Assembly (NCBI GenBank): GCA_033763315.1
Contig: JANRKS010000008.1
Span: forward strand, 26,175-58,174
Length of the DNA stretch: 32,000 bases
Reading direction: 5' to 3'
Source: Deltaproteobacteria bacterium
Lineage (GTDB): Bacteria; Myxococcota_A; Polyangia; Fen-1088
This document shows, piece after piece, positions 1 through 8,613 of the stretch. Numbering within the stretch: position 1 is the stretch's first letter; every line of letters begins with the position of its first letter. The translations under genes and the position numbers were made by a program. The notes beneath the pieces were generated by a model, which was given only the letters and a program-made list of their open reading frames with translations, did no database searches and was not told the DNA's origin.

Positions 1-343
1 ACCGGTGGCCAACACGCGCGTCAGCGCATCGTCGAGCAACCCCGCATCCACTTCTTGCCCATTGAACTTGAGCCGTTCAGTAAAGCGCAGCAGATGCGGC
101 GATGTGAACAAAGCGGTGCGCAGGCCAGCGGCGCGCAGGATCGATTCCAGCATCGCCGCTGTCGATCCCTTGCCGTTGGTGCCTGCGATCTGAACGAACG
201 CAATGCCAGCTTGCGGATCGCCCAACAAACGTAGGGCTTGCCGCACGCGATCAAGACCCAGCAACACGCCCGCGCTGCGCAGCTTGTCCATGCGCTGCAA
301 AAAGCGCACGTACGAAGCAGGAAAGCGCGTGGGCAAAGTCATT
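1..343 (-). CDS. folC: Folylpolyglutamate synthase / dihydrofolate synthase, partial (continues beyond left window edge)
   Basis: Reverse-strand translation from ATG at ~343: MTLPTRFPASYVRFLQRMDKLRSAGVLLGLDRVRQALRLLGDPQAGIAFVQIAGTNGKGSTAAMLESILRAAGLRTALFTSPHLLRFTERLKFNGQEVD. It contains the Mur-ligase/FolC P-loop GTNGKGS and the 'LFTSPHL' motif. No stop before the window edge, so it is absent from the ORF track. Confidence 0.93.
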
Positions 344-344
344 G

Positions 345-1277
345 TCAGCTTGCGGCCGCTACGGGCGCAAGCTTGGGCATCAAGAACCGTGACAAGCGTG
401 CCAACGTCGCTTTCATTTCATGACGATGCACGATCATGTCAACAAACCCGTGCTGCAGCAAAAACTCTGACCGCTGAAAGCCCGGTGGCAAACTTTGGCG
501 AATGGTGTTTTGAATCACGCGGGCGCCAGCGAACCCGATGAGCGCTTTGGGTTCAGCGACGATGAAATCGCCCAACATCGCAAAGCTGGCCGCCACACCA
601 CCCGTGGTGGGGTTCAACAACACGGAGAACACAGGCACGTTGGCTTCGCGCAAGCGTGAGATGGCCGCGGACGTCTTCGCCATCTGCATCAACGACAACA
701 CGCCCTCTTGCATGCGCGCGCCGCCCGAGGCGGAGAAGATCATCGCTGGCACACGCCGCTCAAGCGCGCGTTCGTAAACGCGCGCGATCTTTTCGCCCAC
801 AACGGAGCCCATCGATCCACCCATGAACTCGAACACAAAAAATCCGGCTTCCACTGGCACGCCGTCAATGGTGCCTGCACCTGCCACCAAGGCGTCGTTG
901 ACGTGGGCTTTGCGCTTGGCCGCTTTGACACGTTCGGTGTAGCGCTTCGAGTCTTTGAAGCCGAGGGGATCAACGCTTTCGATCCCGGCGTCATGTTCGG
1001 TCCACGAGCCTTCATCGAAAGTCATCTTGATGCGGTCGAAGGTCGCCAGGGCCATGTGGTGGCCGCACAGCGGACACACCTGGTGGTGACGTTGCAGGTC
1101 GGCCGCCAGCAAGGTTTCGCGGCACTCGGGGCACATTGTGAACACGCCCGCGGGAACGCTGCGCTTGGGCGGCAGTTCGCCGGCATCGCCCTCGTCGCCC
1201 GCGTCGGAGGCGCCCTCAATGACTTCGTCTTTGTCCATAGGCGGGGCCAATCTTGCCCCCGCGTCCCCCCATGTCAA
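345..1277 (-). CDS. accD: Acetyl-CoA carboxylase carboxyltransferase subunit beta
   Basis: ORF 345..1277 (TTG start as annotated; a start a few codons downstream is possible). Zinc-ribbon CPEC...CPLCGHH, GSMGSVVGEKIARVYE, PAMIFSASGGARMQEGVLSLMQMAKTSAA, GGVAASFAMLGD and GFAGARVIQ are AccD signatures. Confidence 0.96.
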   Translation of the reverse strand: MTWGDAGARLAPPMDKDEVIEGASDAGDEGDAGELPPKRSVPAGVFTMCPECRETLLAADLQRHHQVCPLCGHHMALATFDRIKMTFDEGSWTEHDAGIESVDPLGFKDSKRYTERVKAAKRKAHVNDALVAGAGTIDGVPVEAGFFVFEFMGGSMGSVVGEKIARVYERALERRVPAMIFSASGGARMQEGVLSLMQMAKTSAAISRLREANVPVFSVLLNPTTGGVAASFAMLGDFIVAEPKALIGFAGARVIQNTIRQSLPPGFQRSEFLLQHGFVDMIVHRHEMKATLARLSRFLMPKLAPVAAAS

Positions 1278-1374
1278 CCCCTGGCGGGCAGCCCCTGCTG
1301 GGTCGCCGGCGAAGACGCTGGCATCTTCCGCAGCGAGCCACTAGTCTAACTTCCCCCGCCTCCCCCGCGCCTGC

Positions 1375-2895
1375 ATGGCAACCAATCATTACGACGCCGT
1401 CATTTGCGGCGAAGATCTCGCTGGTCTCATCACCGCAACCATTTTGGGCCGCCGCGGCCTCAGGGTGCTGCTGGTGGGCCACGATAAGGTGCCATTGACG
1501 GTGCAAGCGGGTCCGTTTGTGTTACCGGCCACGCCGGGCCTTCTGCCGCCGCCCGACAGCGAGCCGATCGAGCGGGTGTTCCACGAACTGAATGACACCC
1601 CCATCGTCCGCCGCCGTGCCCCCGCGCAAATGCCCGCGCTGCAATTGGTGATGCCGCAAGGACGCCTCAATGTGGGGCCCGACAACGGACCGCTGCTCAA
1701 GCAGATCGAGCACCTATTCGCCGCGGATCTGGCCGCCGCCACGGCGGCCCTCGACACCCTGGCGATGGTCAACAGCCGCCTTGAACCCATTTTGGGGTCA
1801 GACGTCACCTTGCCTCCGGCCGGCTTTTGGGAACGACGCGAGGTTTCCCGGTTCGAAGGCCAGTTGCCGCGCAACGACGTGGATTTGCTTGCGCCCCTGC
1901 CCCAACACCATTCGTTGCGGGCTGTTCTGACGGCGGTGGCCGCCCTTGGCTGTCGGTTCGCGCCCAGCGATCTGGGGCAAGCGCCGCTGGCGCGCGCGTT
2001 CGAGCGGGGCCGCAAAGGTTGCCATCAGCTCCCAGGTGGCATTGCTGATTTGCGAGGGCTGTTCCTCACGAAGCTTTCGACTGTGTCTGGCGAGATTCGT
2101 GAGCAGGGCGCGCCACTTGAGCTGCTTTACAAGCGGGGCCGCGTGGTCGCCGTGCGGTTGCGACCGCGCGATGAAGTGGTGGGGCTGGAACAGCTTGTGT
2201 GGTCGTCGCCCTTGGCTTCGTTGCTGCCGCTGCTCGATGAAAAAACCGCGCGTCGCGTGCGCGAAGAAGCCGTGGGCATCCGACCCGCGTGTTTGCGGTA
2301 TTGCGTGGTGTTTTTGGTGAAGGCCGCCGCCATCGTGCCCACCGTGGGTCCGCGCATGATCTCCGTAACGGATCCAACCCGCGCGCTGATGGAGGACAAC
2401 GCCATCGCCGTGACCGTTGGCTCCCCTCAACGCGCCGATGGCCACGTGCCCTTATGGGTTGAATGTCTGGTGCCCGCCGCGGTTGTGGAACGTGAACCGG
2501 CATATTTATCTGTGGTGCGCAGCCGCCTGCGCGCGCATCTTTCCCGGTTGATTCCCGATCTCGAAGACAACCTCGTGGCGCTGGCTTCGGCCCACGATGG
2601 CTTGGCACCAGAGGTGTTGCGAGGCGCAGAAAATGCCACCGGGCAATATGGTCCGATCCCGGCGCGCCCTATGCCCGCGGTGCTGAATTCTGATTTGCCG
2701 CGATCGCTCGACGTGGGGGCCGTTTTGCATGAAACGCCGATCAAAAACCTTCACGTGGCCAACGCTGAGAACCTGCCCGGTCTTGGGGTCGAGGGCGATT
2801 TCATCTCCGCTTGGGGCGTCGCCCGTTTGATCAACGGAGCCGTGCGCAAACGGATGGGCGTGGTGAGGCGCGCGGTTTTGCTGGGCGACGCCTAG
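1375..2895 (+). CDS. FAD-dependent oxidoreductase (NAD(P)-binding Rossmann/phytoene-desaturase-like fold)
   Basis: N-terminal dinucleotide-binding motif YDAVICGEDLAGLITATILGRRGLRVLLVG; C-terminal 'LHVANAENLPGLGVEGDFISAWGVARLI' resembles the terminal FAD-binding segment of amine-oxidase-like proteins. Confidence 0.6.
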   Translation: MATNHYDAVICGEDLAGLITATILGRRGLRVLLVGHDKVPLTVQAGPFVLPATPGLLPPPDSEPIERVFHELNDTPIVRRRAPAQMPALQLVMPQGRLNVGPDNGPLLKQIEHLFAADLAAATAALDTLAMVNSRLEPILGSDVTLPPAGFWERREVSRFEGQLPRNDVDLLAPLPQHHSLRAVLTAVAALGCRFAPSDLGQAPLARAFERGRKGCHQLPGGIADLRGLFLTKLSTVSGEIREQGAPLELLYKRGRVVAVRLRPRDEVVGLEQLVWSSPLASLLPLLDEKTARRVREEAVGIRPACLRYCVVFLVKAAAIVPTVGPRMISVTDPTRALMEDNAIAVTVGSPQRADGHVPLWVECLVPAAVVEREPAYLSVVRSRLRAHLSRLIPDLEDNLVALASAHDGLAPEVLRGAENATGQYGPIPARPMPAVLNSDLPRSLDVGAVLHETPIKNLHVANAENLPGLGVEGDFISAWGVARLINGAVRKRMGVVRRAVLLGDA

Positions 2896-3018
2896 GCATA
2901 CAGCGAGTCCGACCCCTTCGTGGTTTCCGCAATGTTTCAAGTGAGGCCAGGCGCTTGAAAGGCATGCTTGCACCCATCAAGGTACGGGGGATTGCCCGCT
3001 AATACCTCACCACCCGGC

Positions 3019-3852
3019 ATGCGTTCTTTGACCGGCAAGATCATCGCGCTGCCTGAATCGCGCGAACTCGACAAGCTCAGCAGCATGTTGGAGGCCGAGG
3101 GGGCGCAAACGCTGCGTTGCCCCTTGATATCGATTCTCGACGCCGCCGATCCCGTGCCTTTGCTCAAGTGGTTGGGAGAGCTGGCGCGCGGACAGTTTAC
3201 CGACGTGATCTTCTTAACGGGCGAAGGCGTGCGACGACTGTGGACGGTGGCGTGCAAGCACAAGATCGATGCCGGCGTTCACCAGGGGCTGGCACGCGTA
3301 CGCAAGATCACCCGCGGCCCGAAGCCTGCGCGTGCCTTGCACGACATGGGGCTTGCGCCGGATCTGTCGCCGTCGCCCCCGACGTCCGCTGGGATCATCG
3401 CGCACTTTGAAGGCGCGCGCGCAGAACTTTCGGGCCGCATTTTCGGCGTGCAGTTGTTCGGCGATGATCCAGGCACAGCGTTGGTTGAGTTCCTTGCAGC
3501 CAACGAGGCGCGCGTGATGACCGTGTCGCCCTACACATACGCGCCCGCCACTGATGATGAACGCGTCGTCGAATTGATTGAAGCGATCATCAACCTGCGC
3601 GTTGACGCCGTGGCCTTCACCACCGCACCGCAAGTGGAGCGCTTGTGGCAAGTGGCGGAACGACGGCAGTTGCGAGCCGCGTTGGATGCGGCTTTGCCCA
3701 AGTTGGTTGTTGCCGCCGTGGGCCCCGTGGTGGCCAGCGCGCTCAAAGATCGAGGGCACACGCCAGGCGTGGTGCCCTCGCCGCAATTCTTTATGCGGCG
3801 CTTGACTGAGGCCTTGGTGGGCGCGTTAGGGCCCGCCACACAGAAGCCTTAG
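3019..3852 (+). CDS. Uroporphyrinogen-III synthase family (HemD-like) protein
   Basis: ORF 2968..3852 with probable ATG at 3019 (MRSLTGKIIALPESRELDKLSSMLEAEGAQTLRCPLISILD). HemD-like segments: 'TDVIFLTGEGVRRLW', 'VDAVAFTTAPQVERLW', 'LVVAAVGPVVASALKDRGHTPGVVP'. Confidence 0.72.
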   Translation: MRSLTGKIIALPESRELDKLSSMLEAEGAQTLRCPLISILDAADPVPLLKWLGELARGQFTDVIFLTGEGVRRLWTVACKHKIDAGVHQGLARVRKITRGPKPARALHDMGLAPDLSPSPPTSAGIIAHFEGARAELSGRIFGVQLFGDDPGTALVEFLAANEARVMTVSPYTYAPATDDERVVELIEAIINLRVDAVAFTTAPQVERLWQVAERRQLRAALDAALPKLVVAAVGPVVASALKDRGHTPGVVPSPQFFMRRLTEALVGALGPATQKP

Positions 3853-4664
3853 GCCGCTTTGTTTTGTCCTTTGTCGTGCTCTTGGCTGTTGAGAAACTCA
3901 ATCAGCGTGTCGCGGTAATCGTAGTACTGCGGATGCTCCATGAGCGTCGCGCGATCACGTGGGCGGCTGAAGGGGACCTTGACGATCTTGCCCACCTTTG
4001 CGTGGGGACCACTGGTCATCATCACCACACGATCTGAAAGAAAAAGTGCTTCGTCCACATCGTGAGTCACCATGAAAGCTGTTTTGCGATCGGTGGCCCA
4101 CAGGTCAAGCAACACCTGTTGCAACTCAAAGCGCGTGAGCGAATCCAGCATGCCGAAGGGTTCGTCCAAAAGCAGCACCTTCGGATCCAACGCAAAAGCC
4201 CGGGCGATGCCCACACGTTGGCGCATGCCTGCCGAAAGCTCTCCCGACTTCTTCTCCATCGCGTCTTCGAGGCCAACCAACGTCAAGAAATGAGTTGCCT
4301 TGTCGGCGCGTTCCTTGCGAGACAGCTGAGGAAACGCGGCGTTGACCGCCATCATCACGTTGCCAAACGCCGACAACCAGGGCAGCAAGTTCGGCTGTTG
4401 AAACACGATGCCGCGATCGATGCCGGGCTCGCGCACTTCCCGCCCTTGCAGAATGGCGCCGCCCTCAGACGCGTTGATGAGCCCGGCAAGCACAGACAAA
4501 ACGGTTGATTTGCCGCAGCCTGAGTGGCCAATCAAACAAACGAACTCGCCCTTTGCAACCGTCAGCTGAAAATCGTCCACCACCTTCGTGGAGGTGCCAT
4601 CCGCCTTCGGAAAGCTCATCGACAGATGAGAGAACTCAAGAAATTTTTCATCAAGGGTGCTCAT
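3849..4664 (-). CDS. nrtD: Nitrate/nitrite-type ABC transporter ATP-binding protein (NrtC/NrtD family)
   Basis: Walker [10 protein letters not shown], signature [14 protein letters not shown], Walker [13 protein letters not shown], '[24 protein letters not shown]'. The nrtD label is by position in the operon only. ATGA overlap with the upstream ATPase gene. Confidence 0.85.
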   Translation of the reverse strand: MSTLDEKFLEFSHLSMSFPKADGTSTKVVDDFQLTVAKGEFVCLIGHSGCGKSTVLSVLAGLINASEGGAILQGREVREPGIDRGIVFQQPNLLPWLSAFGNVMMAVNAAFPQLSRKERADKATHFLTLVGLEDAMEKKSGELSAGMRQRVGIARAFALDPKVLLLDEPFGMLDSLTRFELQQVLLDLWATDRKTAFMVTHDVDEALFLSDRVVMMTSGPHAKVGKIVKVPFSRPRDRATLMEHPQYYDYRDTLIEFLNSQEHDKGQNKAA

Positions 4665-5500
4665 GCCAAAGCCTCTTCAGTTTGCGGCGACAACACAATG
4701 GCGGGGTCCATCTTGCCCGGCTTTTTGCGGGCGCCAGGGCCAAGCAAGTAACCGATGACGGTGTTTCGGATGGAACGAAAAGCCGGATCGTGCGTGATGG
4801 CGCGGCGGTCACGCGGCCGTGGAATGTCCACCCTTACCTCGGGGCCCAATGTGGCGGCCGGGCCGGCTGACAACGGAATGATCCGGTCCGCCAGGAGAAT
4901 GCCTTCGTCCACATCGTTGGTGATCAGCACGGCCGTGGTGCGGTTCTCGCGCCAAATCTTCTCAATCTCGTCTTGCAAGGTGGCGCGCGTGAGCGCATCA
5001 AGGGCACCCAACGGTTCATCCAGCAAGAGGATCTCTGGATTGCTCGCCAACGCTCGGGCCACCGACACGCGTTGGCGCATGCCTCCGGATAGTTCGTGCG
5101 GGCGCTTCTTGGCCGCCGCCGTCAGTTTCACCATGCTCAAAAACTTATCAACGTGGGCGCGTTTTTGTTCCGCGGACCACGACTTGAACACTTGGTTGAC
5201 CGCCAACATGATGTTGTCGTAAGCGGTCAACCAGGGCAGCAAAGAGTAATTCTGAAACACCACGCCGCGATCGGGGCCAGGCCCAACCATCGGCTTGCCG
5301 TTCAAGACGATCTCCCCGCGATCGGGCGTCAGCAGCCCGGCCAGCAACGACATCAGGGTCGTTTTCCCGGCCCCCGAATAACCAACAATCGCCACGAACT
5401 CACCCTGTTCGACTTTGAGGTTGATGTTGCGGAGCACGTGCGTGGCGCTGTCGCCCGTGCCGTAGCTTTTCGCAACGCCGCGCAATTCCAAACAAGCCAT
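4661..5500 (-). CDS. nrtC: Nitrate/nitrite-type ABC transporter ATP-binding protein (NrtC/NrtD family)
   Basis: ORF 4661..5590; likely start is ATG at 5500 ([14 protein letters not shown]), which overlaps the nrtB stop (TGATG). Walker [10 protein letters not shown], signature [14 protein letters not shown], Walker [13 protein letters not shown], '[25 protein letters not shown]'. Symbol assigned by operon order; the protein lacks a fused NrtA-like domain. Confidence 0.85.
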   Translation of the reverse strand: MACLELRGVAKSYGTGDSATHVLRNINLKVEQGEFVAIVGYSGAGKTTLMSLLAGLLTPDRGEIVLNGKPMVGPGPDRGVVFQNYSLLPWLTAYDNIMLAVNQVFKSWSAEQKRAHVDKFLSMVKLTAAAKKRPHELSGGMRQRVSVARALASNPEILLLDEPLGALDALTRATLQDEIEKIWRENRTTAVLITNDVDEGILLADRIIPLSAGPAATLGPEVRVDIPRPRDRRAITHDPAFRSIRNTVIGYLLGPGARKKPGKMDPAIVLSPQTEEALA

Positions 5501-6285
5501 CAGCGAGCCTCCGCGGGGCGCAAGCGATCTTCCAAAAGCTTCATACCGCGATCGAGGAGCAAGCCCACAAACCCAATCGTCAAGATGCACAACAAGATGT
5601 GTTCATAGATCAAGCTGTTGTATTCCTGCCACAAGAAGCCGCCCACGCCCGGGCTGCCCGTCAGCATCTCCACCGCCACGATCACCAGCCACGCAATGCC
5701 GAGCGACAGGCGAAACCCGGTGAACATATAGGGCAAGGCCGCCGGCAGAAGAACCTTATAAAACGTTTGCAGCGGTGAAAGCTGCAGCATGCGCGCCACG
5801 TTGATGTAGTCCTTGGGTATGGAACGCACGCCCATGGCTGTGTTCAAAACGGTGGGCCACATCGAACATACGGCGATCGTAAAAAGCGCCGCTGGCTCTG
5901 ACTTCTCGAAAAGAACCAACCCCAGGGGAAGCCAGGCCAGTGGCGAAACGGGACGCAACAACTGGATCACTGGATCCAGACCACGTGAGAACAGCTTCGA
6001 GCGCCCCAGCAAAAAGCCAAGCGGTGTGCCCAAGATCAACGCCAGCGTGTAGCCCTTGGCCACCAGCACCAGCGAATACCACGTGAAACGAAGAATGCCC
6101 TGATCCAATTCGCCGCGTTTAGCGAATGGCTCAACGATGTATGGTTTACTGATTTCCCACGTTTTCGCAGGCGAAGGCAGGTTGTGAGCGAAGGTGGAAG
6201 CCACCAACGCCCACAAACCGAGAATCACGGCGAAGCCGAAGAACGGCAAGATGAGGTACCAAGCTTTTTCTCTAAAACTCTTCAC
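5500..6285 (-). CDS. nrtB: Nitrate/nitrite-type ABC transporter permease
   Basis: BPD_transp_1-type permease with '[16 protein letters not shown]' and EAA-loop-like '[46 protein letters not shown]', characteristic of NrtB/SsuC/TauC. Confidence 0.85.
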   Translation of the reverse strand: MKSFREKAWYLILPFFGFAVILGLWALVASTFAHNLPSPAKTWEISKPYIVEPFAKRGELDQGILRFTWYSLVLVAKGYTLALILGTPLGFLLGRSKLFSRGLDPVIQLLRPVSPLAWLPLGLVLFEKSEPAALFTIAVCSMWPTVLNTAMGVRSIPKDYINVARMLQLSPLQTFYKVLLPAALPYMFTGFRLSLGIAWLVIVAVEMLTGSPGVGGFLWQEYNSLIYEHILLCILTIGFVGLLLDRGMKLLEDRLRPAEAR

Positions 6286-6314
6286 GTGAATCTCCTTCGC
6301 AAACGTAGCGGGTG

Positions 6315-7580
6315 TTAAGCCTTCAAGCTGTTAACCTCAAACGAGGCTGCGTAGGCTTCCGGCTTTGCCGGATCAAACGTTTTGCCGTCGAACAGAGTCT
6401 CGGGCTTGTTGTCGAGCCCGCCGTGCTTGTAGCCAATCTCCTTCATCGCTTCTTCGTAGATGTCAGGGCGCATCACCTGCTTGGGAATGCTTTGGTAATC
6501 CACCTTGCCGGGCAACATGCCCCAGCGCGCGAGCTGCGTGAGCCACCACACCGCATACTTTGGCTGCGGGTAGTTGCAGTTGCGCGAGCTGAAGATCATG
6601 TGGTTTGGGTCCTGCTTTTTGCGGCCATCACCAAAATCATATTTGCCCTGTAGACGCCCGAGGATCAGTTCCTTTGGACAGTTGATGTAGGTTGGGCGCG
6701 ACACGATCTCGGCTTGTTCTGGGCGGTTCTCCATCTTGTCAAGCCACACGCTGGCCTCGTTGAGCGCTTTGAGCACCGCTTTGACGGTCTTCGGATTCTT
6801 GTCCGCGAACTCAGCCGTGAAAGCACAGACCTTTTCAGGATGATCCTTCCAAATGTCTTGCGTGTTGATGGCGGTGTAGCCAATGCCGTCGGCGATTGTG
6901 CGCGCGTTCCAAGGCTCGCCCACGCAGAAGCCATCCATCTTGCCCACCTTCATGTTCGCCACCATCTGCGGCGGGGGCACCGTGATCAAGGCAACGTCCT
7001 TATCAGGGTTGATGCCGCCGGCGCCCAGGAAGTACCGCATCCACATTGCGTGCGTGCCCGGAGGAAACGTCATCGCAAAGGTCAGCGGCGAGCCCTTGGC
7101 TTTGGCCTCCATCACGAACGGCTTGAGCGCTTTTGGATCCGCACCCACTTTGCCTTTGAAATCGGCTTTGAGGGTGATCGACTGGCCATTGCGGTTCAGC
7201 AGCCAGGGCACGATCATCGGCTTCTTCGGAGAACCAAGCAGGCCCATCGTTGAGGCGATTGGCATGCCCAACAACATGTGCGTGGCGGCAATGTCCCCAT
7301 TTGACAAGGAATCGCGGATCGCCGCCCAGCTCGCGCCTTTTGAAACAACCGAATTGATTCCGTACTTCTTGAACAGCCCCTTCTCGTGCGCGATCACGAT
7401 GGGCGAACAATCGGTCAGCGCGATCATGCCAAACTTCACATCGGTGGTCTCAGGCGCATCCGATGCATAAGCGCCGGGAAGGAACTTTGCCCACGCGGCG
7501 CCAGCCAAAGCGGCGGCCCCCGTCTTCACCAAGGTACGACGCCCCACCCCACCCGACACCGAACTCAATCGTTTCGACAT
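6315..7580 (-). CDS. nrtA: Nitrate ABC transporter substrate-binding protein (NrtA/CmpA family), Tat-exported
   Basis: Twin-arginine leader GRRTLVKTGAAALAGAAWA; 'LTDCSPIVIAHEKGLFKKYG', 'THMLLGMPIASTMGL', 'YFLGAGGINPDKDVALITVPPPQMVANMKVGKMDGFCVGEPWN' are NrtA-family motifs. First gene of the minus-strand operon. Confidence 0.88.
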   Translation of the reverse strand: MSKRLSSVSGGVGRRTLVKTGAAALAGAAWAKFLPGAYASDAPETTDVKFGMIALTDCSPIVIAHEKGLFKKYGINSVVSKGASWAAIRDSLSNGDIAATHMLLGMPIASTMGLLGSPKKPMIVPWLLNRNGQSITLKADFKGKVGADPKALKPFVMEAKAKGSPLTFAMTFPPGTHAMWMRYFLGAGGINPDKDVALITVPPPQMVANMKVGKMDGFCVGEPWNARTIADGIGYTAINTQDIWKDHPEKVCAFTAEFADKNPKTVKAVLKALNEASVWLDKMENRPEQAEIVSRPTYINCPKELILGRLQGKYDFGDGRKKQDPNHMIFSSRNCNYPQPKYAVWWLTQLARWGMLPGKVDYQSIPKQVMRPDIYEEAMKEIGYKHGGLDNKPETLFDGKTFDPAKPEAYAASFEVNSLKA

Positions 7581-7835
7581 TACTCAGCCTTTCTGTGACA
7601 ATCACTAAACGCGGACGCGCCGCGCACGGTGACGTTCCGAGGCCGATGTGCTCGTCGGTACGACGGCTTTCAGACTAACGGCGTCTGATTTCCGGCGCGT
7701 TTCGAGACAGGAAAACGTAAGTAACTCGGCTTTGAGGCATGATTGAGCCATACAAACGGCAGCCGCGAAGACACACCGAGTGCGTCCTTGCGGCCCCAAC
7801 CATGGGCTGCCGGCGTTTGGAGGGAGGTTTGGACG

Positions 7836-8258
7836 CTACATCCAGGCGCCAGCGGCAACAGGCTCGCCTGCGCCGGGCCGCAACCGCATGCGACAGAACA
7901 TTTCGATCTTGCGCACAGACTCTGGCGCAACGTTGGCGAACCGAAGGCCTGTGCGACGAAACTTGCCGGCGCGTTGATCGCTGACCACCACGGCCTGGGC
8001 GGCAATTTCTTCACCGTAACCGGGCAGCTCGAACCACAGCATCACCGGCATCCCCATCGCGAGCGGCAGCCCGCCCGGACGCCTCAAGGACATGCCCGCG
8101 GGGGCCAAGTCTTCACATTGGCCCAGGTGCATGTCGGGGCCGACTGCGCTTTTCACAGCAAAGATGGACACAACGCGATCGTTGTTTCGCCTGTCTTGCC
8201 GGGTTCGACGCCGTTCCGTGGTCATACAGGCCAGGGTAAGCGCACCCTGGGGAACCAC
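7836..8258 (-). CDS. PilZ domain protein
   Basis: 'ERRRTRQDRRNNDRVVSIFAVKSAVG...GQCEDLAPAGMSLRRPGGLPLAMGMPVMLWFELPG...AQAVVVSDQRAGKFRRTGLRFANV' resembles the PilZ pattern (Arg-rich N-terminal motif plus D-x-A/S-x-x-G). An internal ATG at 8225 may be the true start. Confidence 0.65.
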   Translation of the reverse strand: MVPQGALTLACMTTERRRTRQDRRNNDRVVSIFAVKSAVGPDMHLGQCEDLAPAGMSLRRPGGLPLAMGMPVMLWFELPGYGEEIAAQAVVVSDQRAGKFRRTGLRFANVAPESVRKIEMFCRMRLRPGAGEPVAAGAWM

Positions 8259-8315
8259 AAAAAAACCTATCGCAATGCGGACCGTGGGCGACCTAGGAGG
8301 GCGCGCGGCCAGGGG

Positions 8316-8492
8316 TCAGGCGGCTTCGAGCGGCTTGGCTTCTTCCACGATGAAGTTCGGGATGCCTTCGATCACCTGATAGGCAAGCTTGCAAGACTTG
8401 CACTGAAACTCACTCTCGTCGGCCTTGAGGACCAAGGAGCCTTTGCATTTGGGGCAAGCGAGGATATCGATGAGCGCCTTGTTCAAAGCCAT
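8316..8492 (-). CDS. Trm112/YcaR (UPF0434)-like small zinc-ribbon protein
   Basis: Within ORF 8316..8936, the segment from ATG at 8492 reads MALNKALIDILACPKCKGSLVLKADESEFQCKSCKLAYQVIEGIPNFIVEEAKPLEAA. 'LLDILACPxCKGxL' and 'IPxxL/I' are the Trm112-like family pattern. The upstream extension of the ORF looks non-coding. Confidence 0.85.
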   Translation of the reverse strand: MALNKALIDILACPKCKGSLVLKADESEFQCKSCKLAYQVIEGIPNFIVEEAKPLEAA

Positions 8493-8613
8493 GCGCCACG
8501 TATAAATCCGCCGCGACTGTGGTGCAAGCTTAACGGCCGACAGGCGCGCAAAAAGGCGGGGTGGCGGTGCCAGCAACTCGCCGTTTACGCGGAGCCGTGA
8601 TAACACAGAGGGT

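Noticed and set aside
4661-5590. Long (309-aa) start for the upstream nrt ATPase
   Set aside because: The first 30 residues ([30 protein letters not shown]) overlap nrtB and resemble no ABC ATPase N-terminus; the ATG at 5500 gives a normal start coupled to the nrtB stop.
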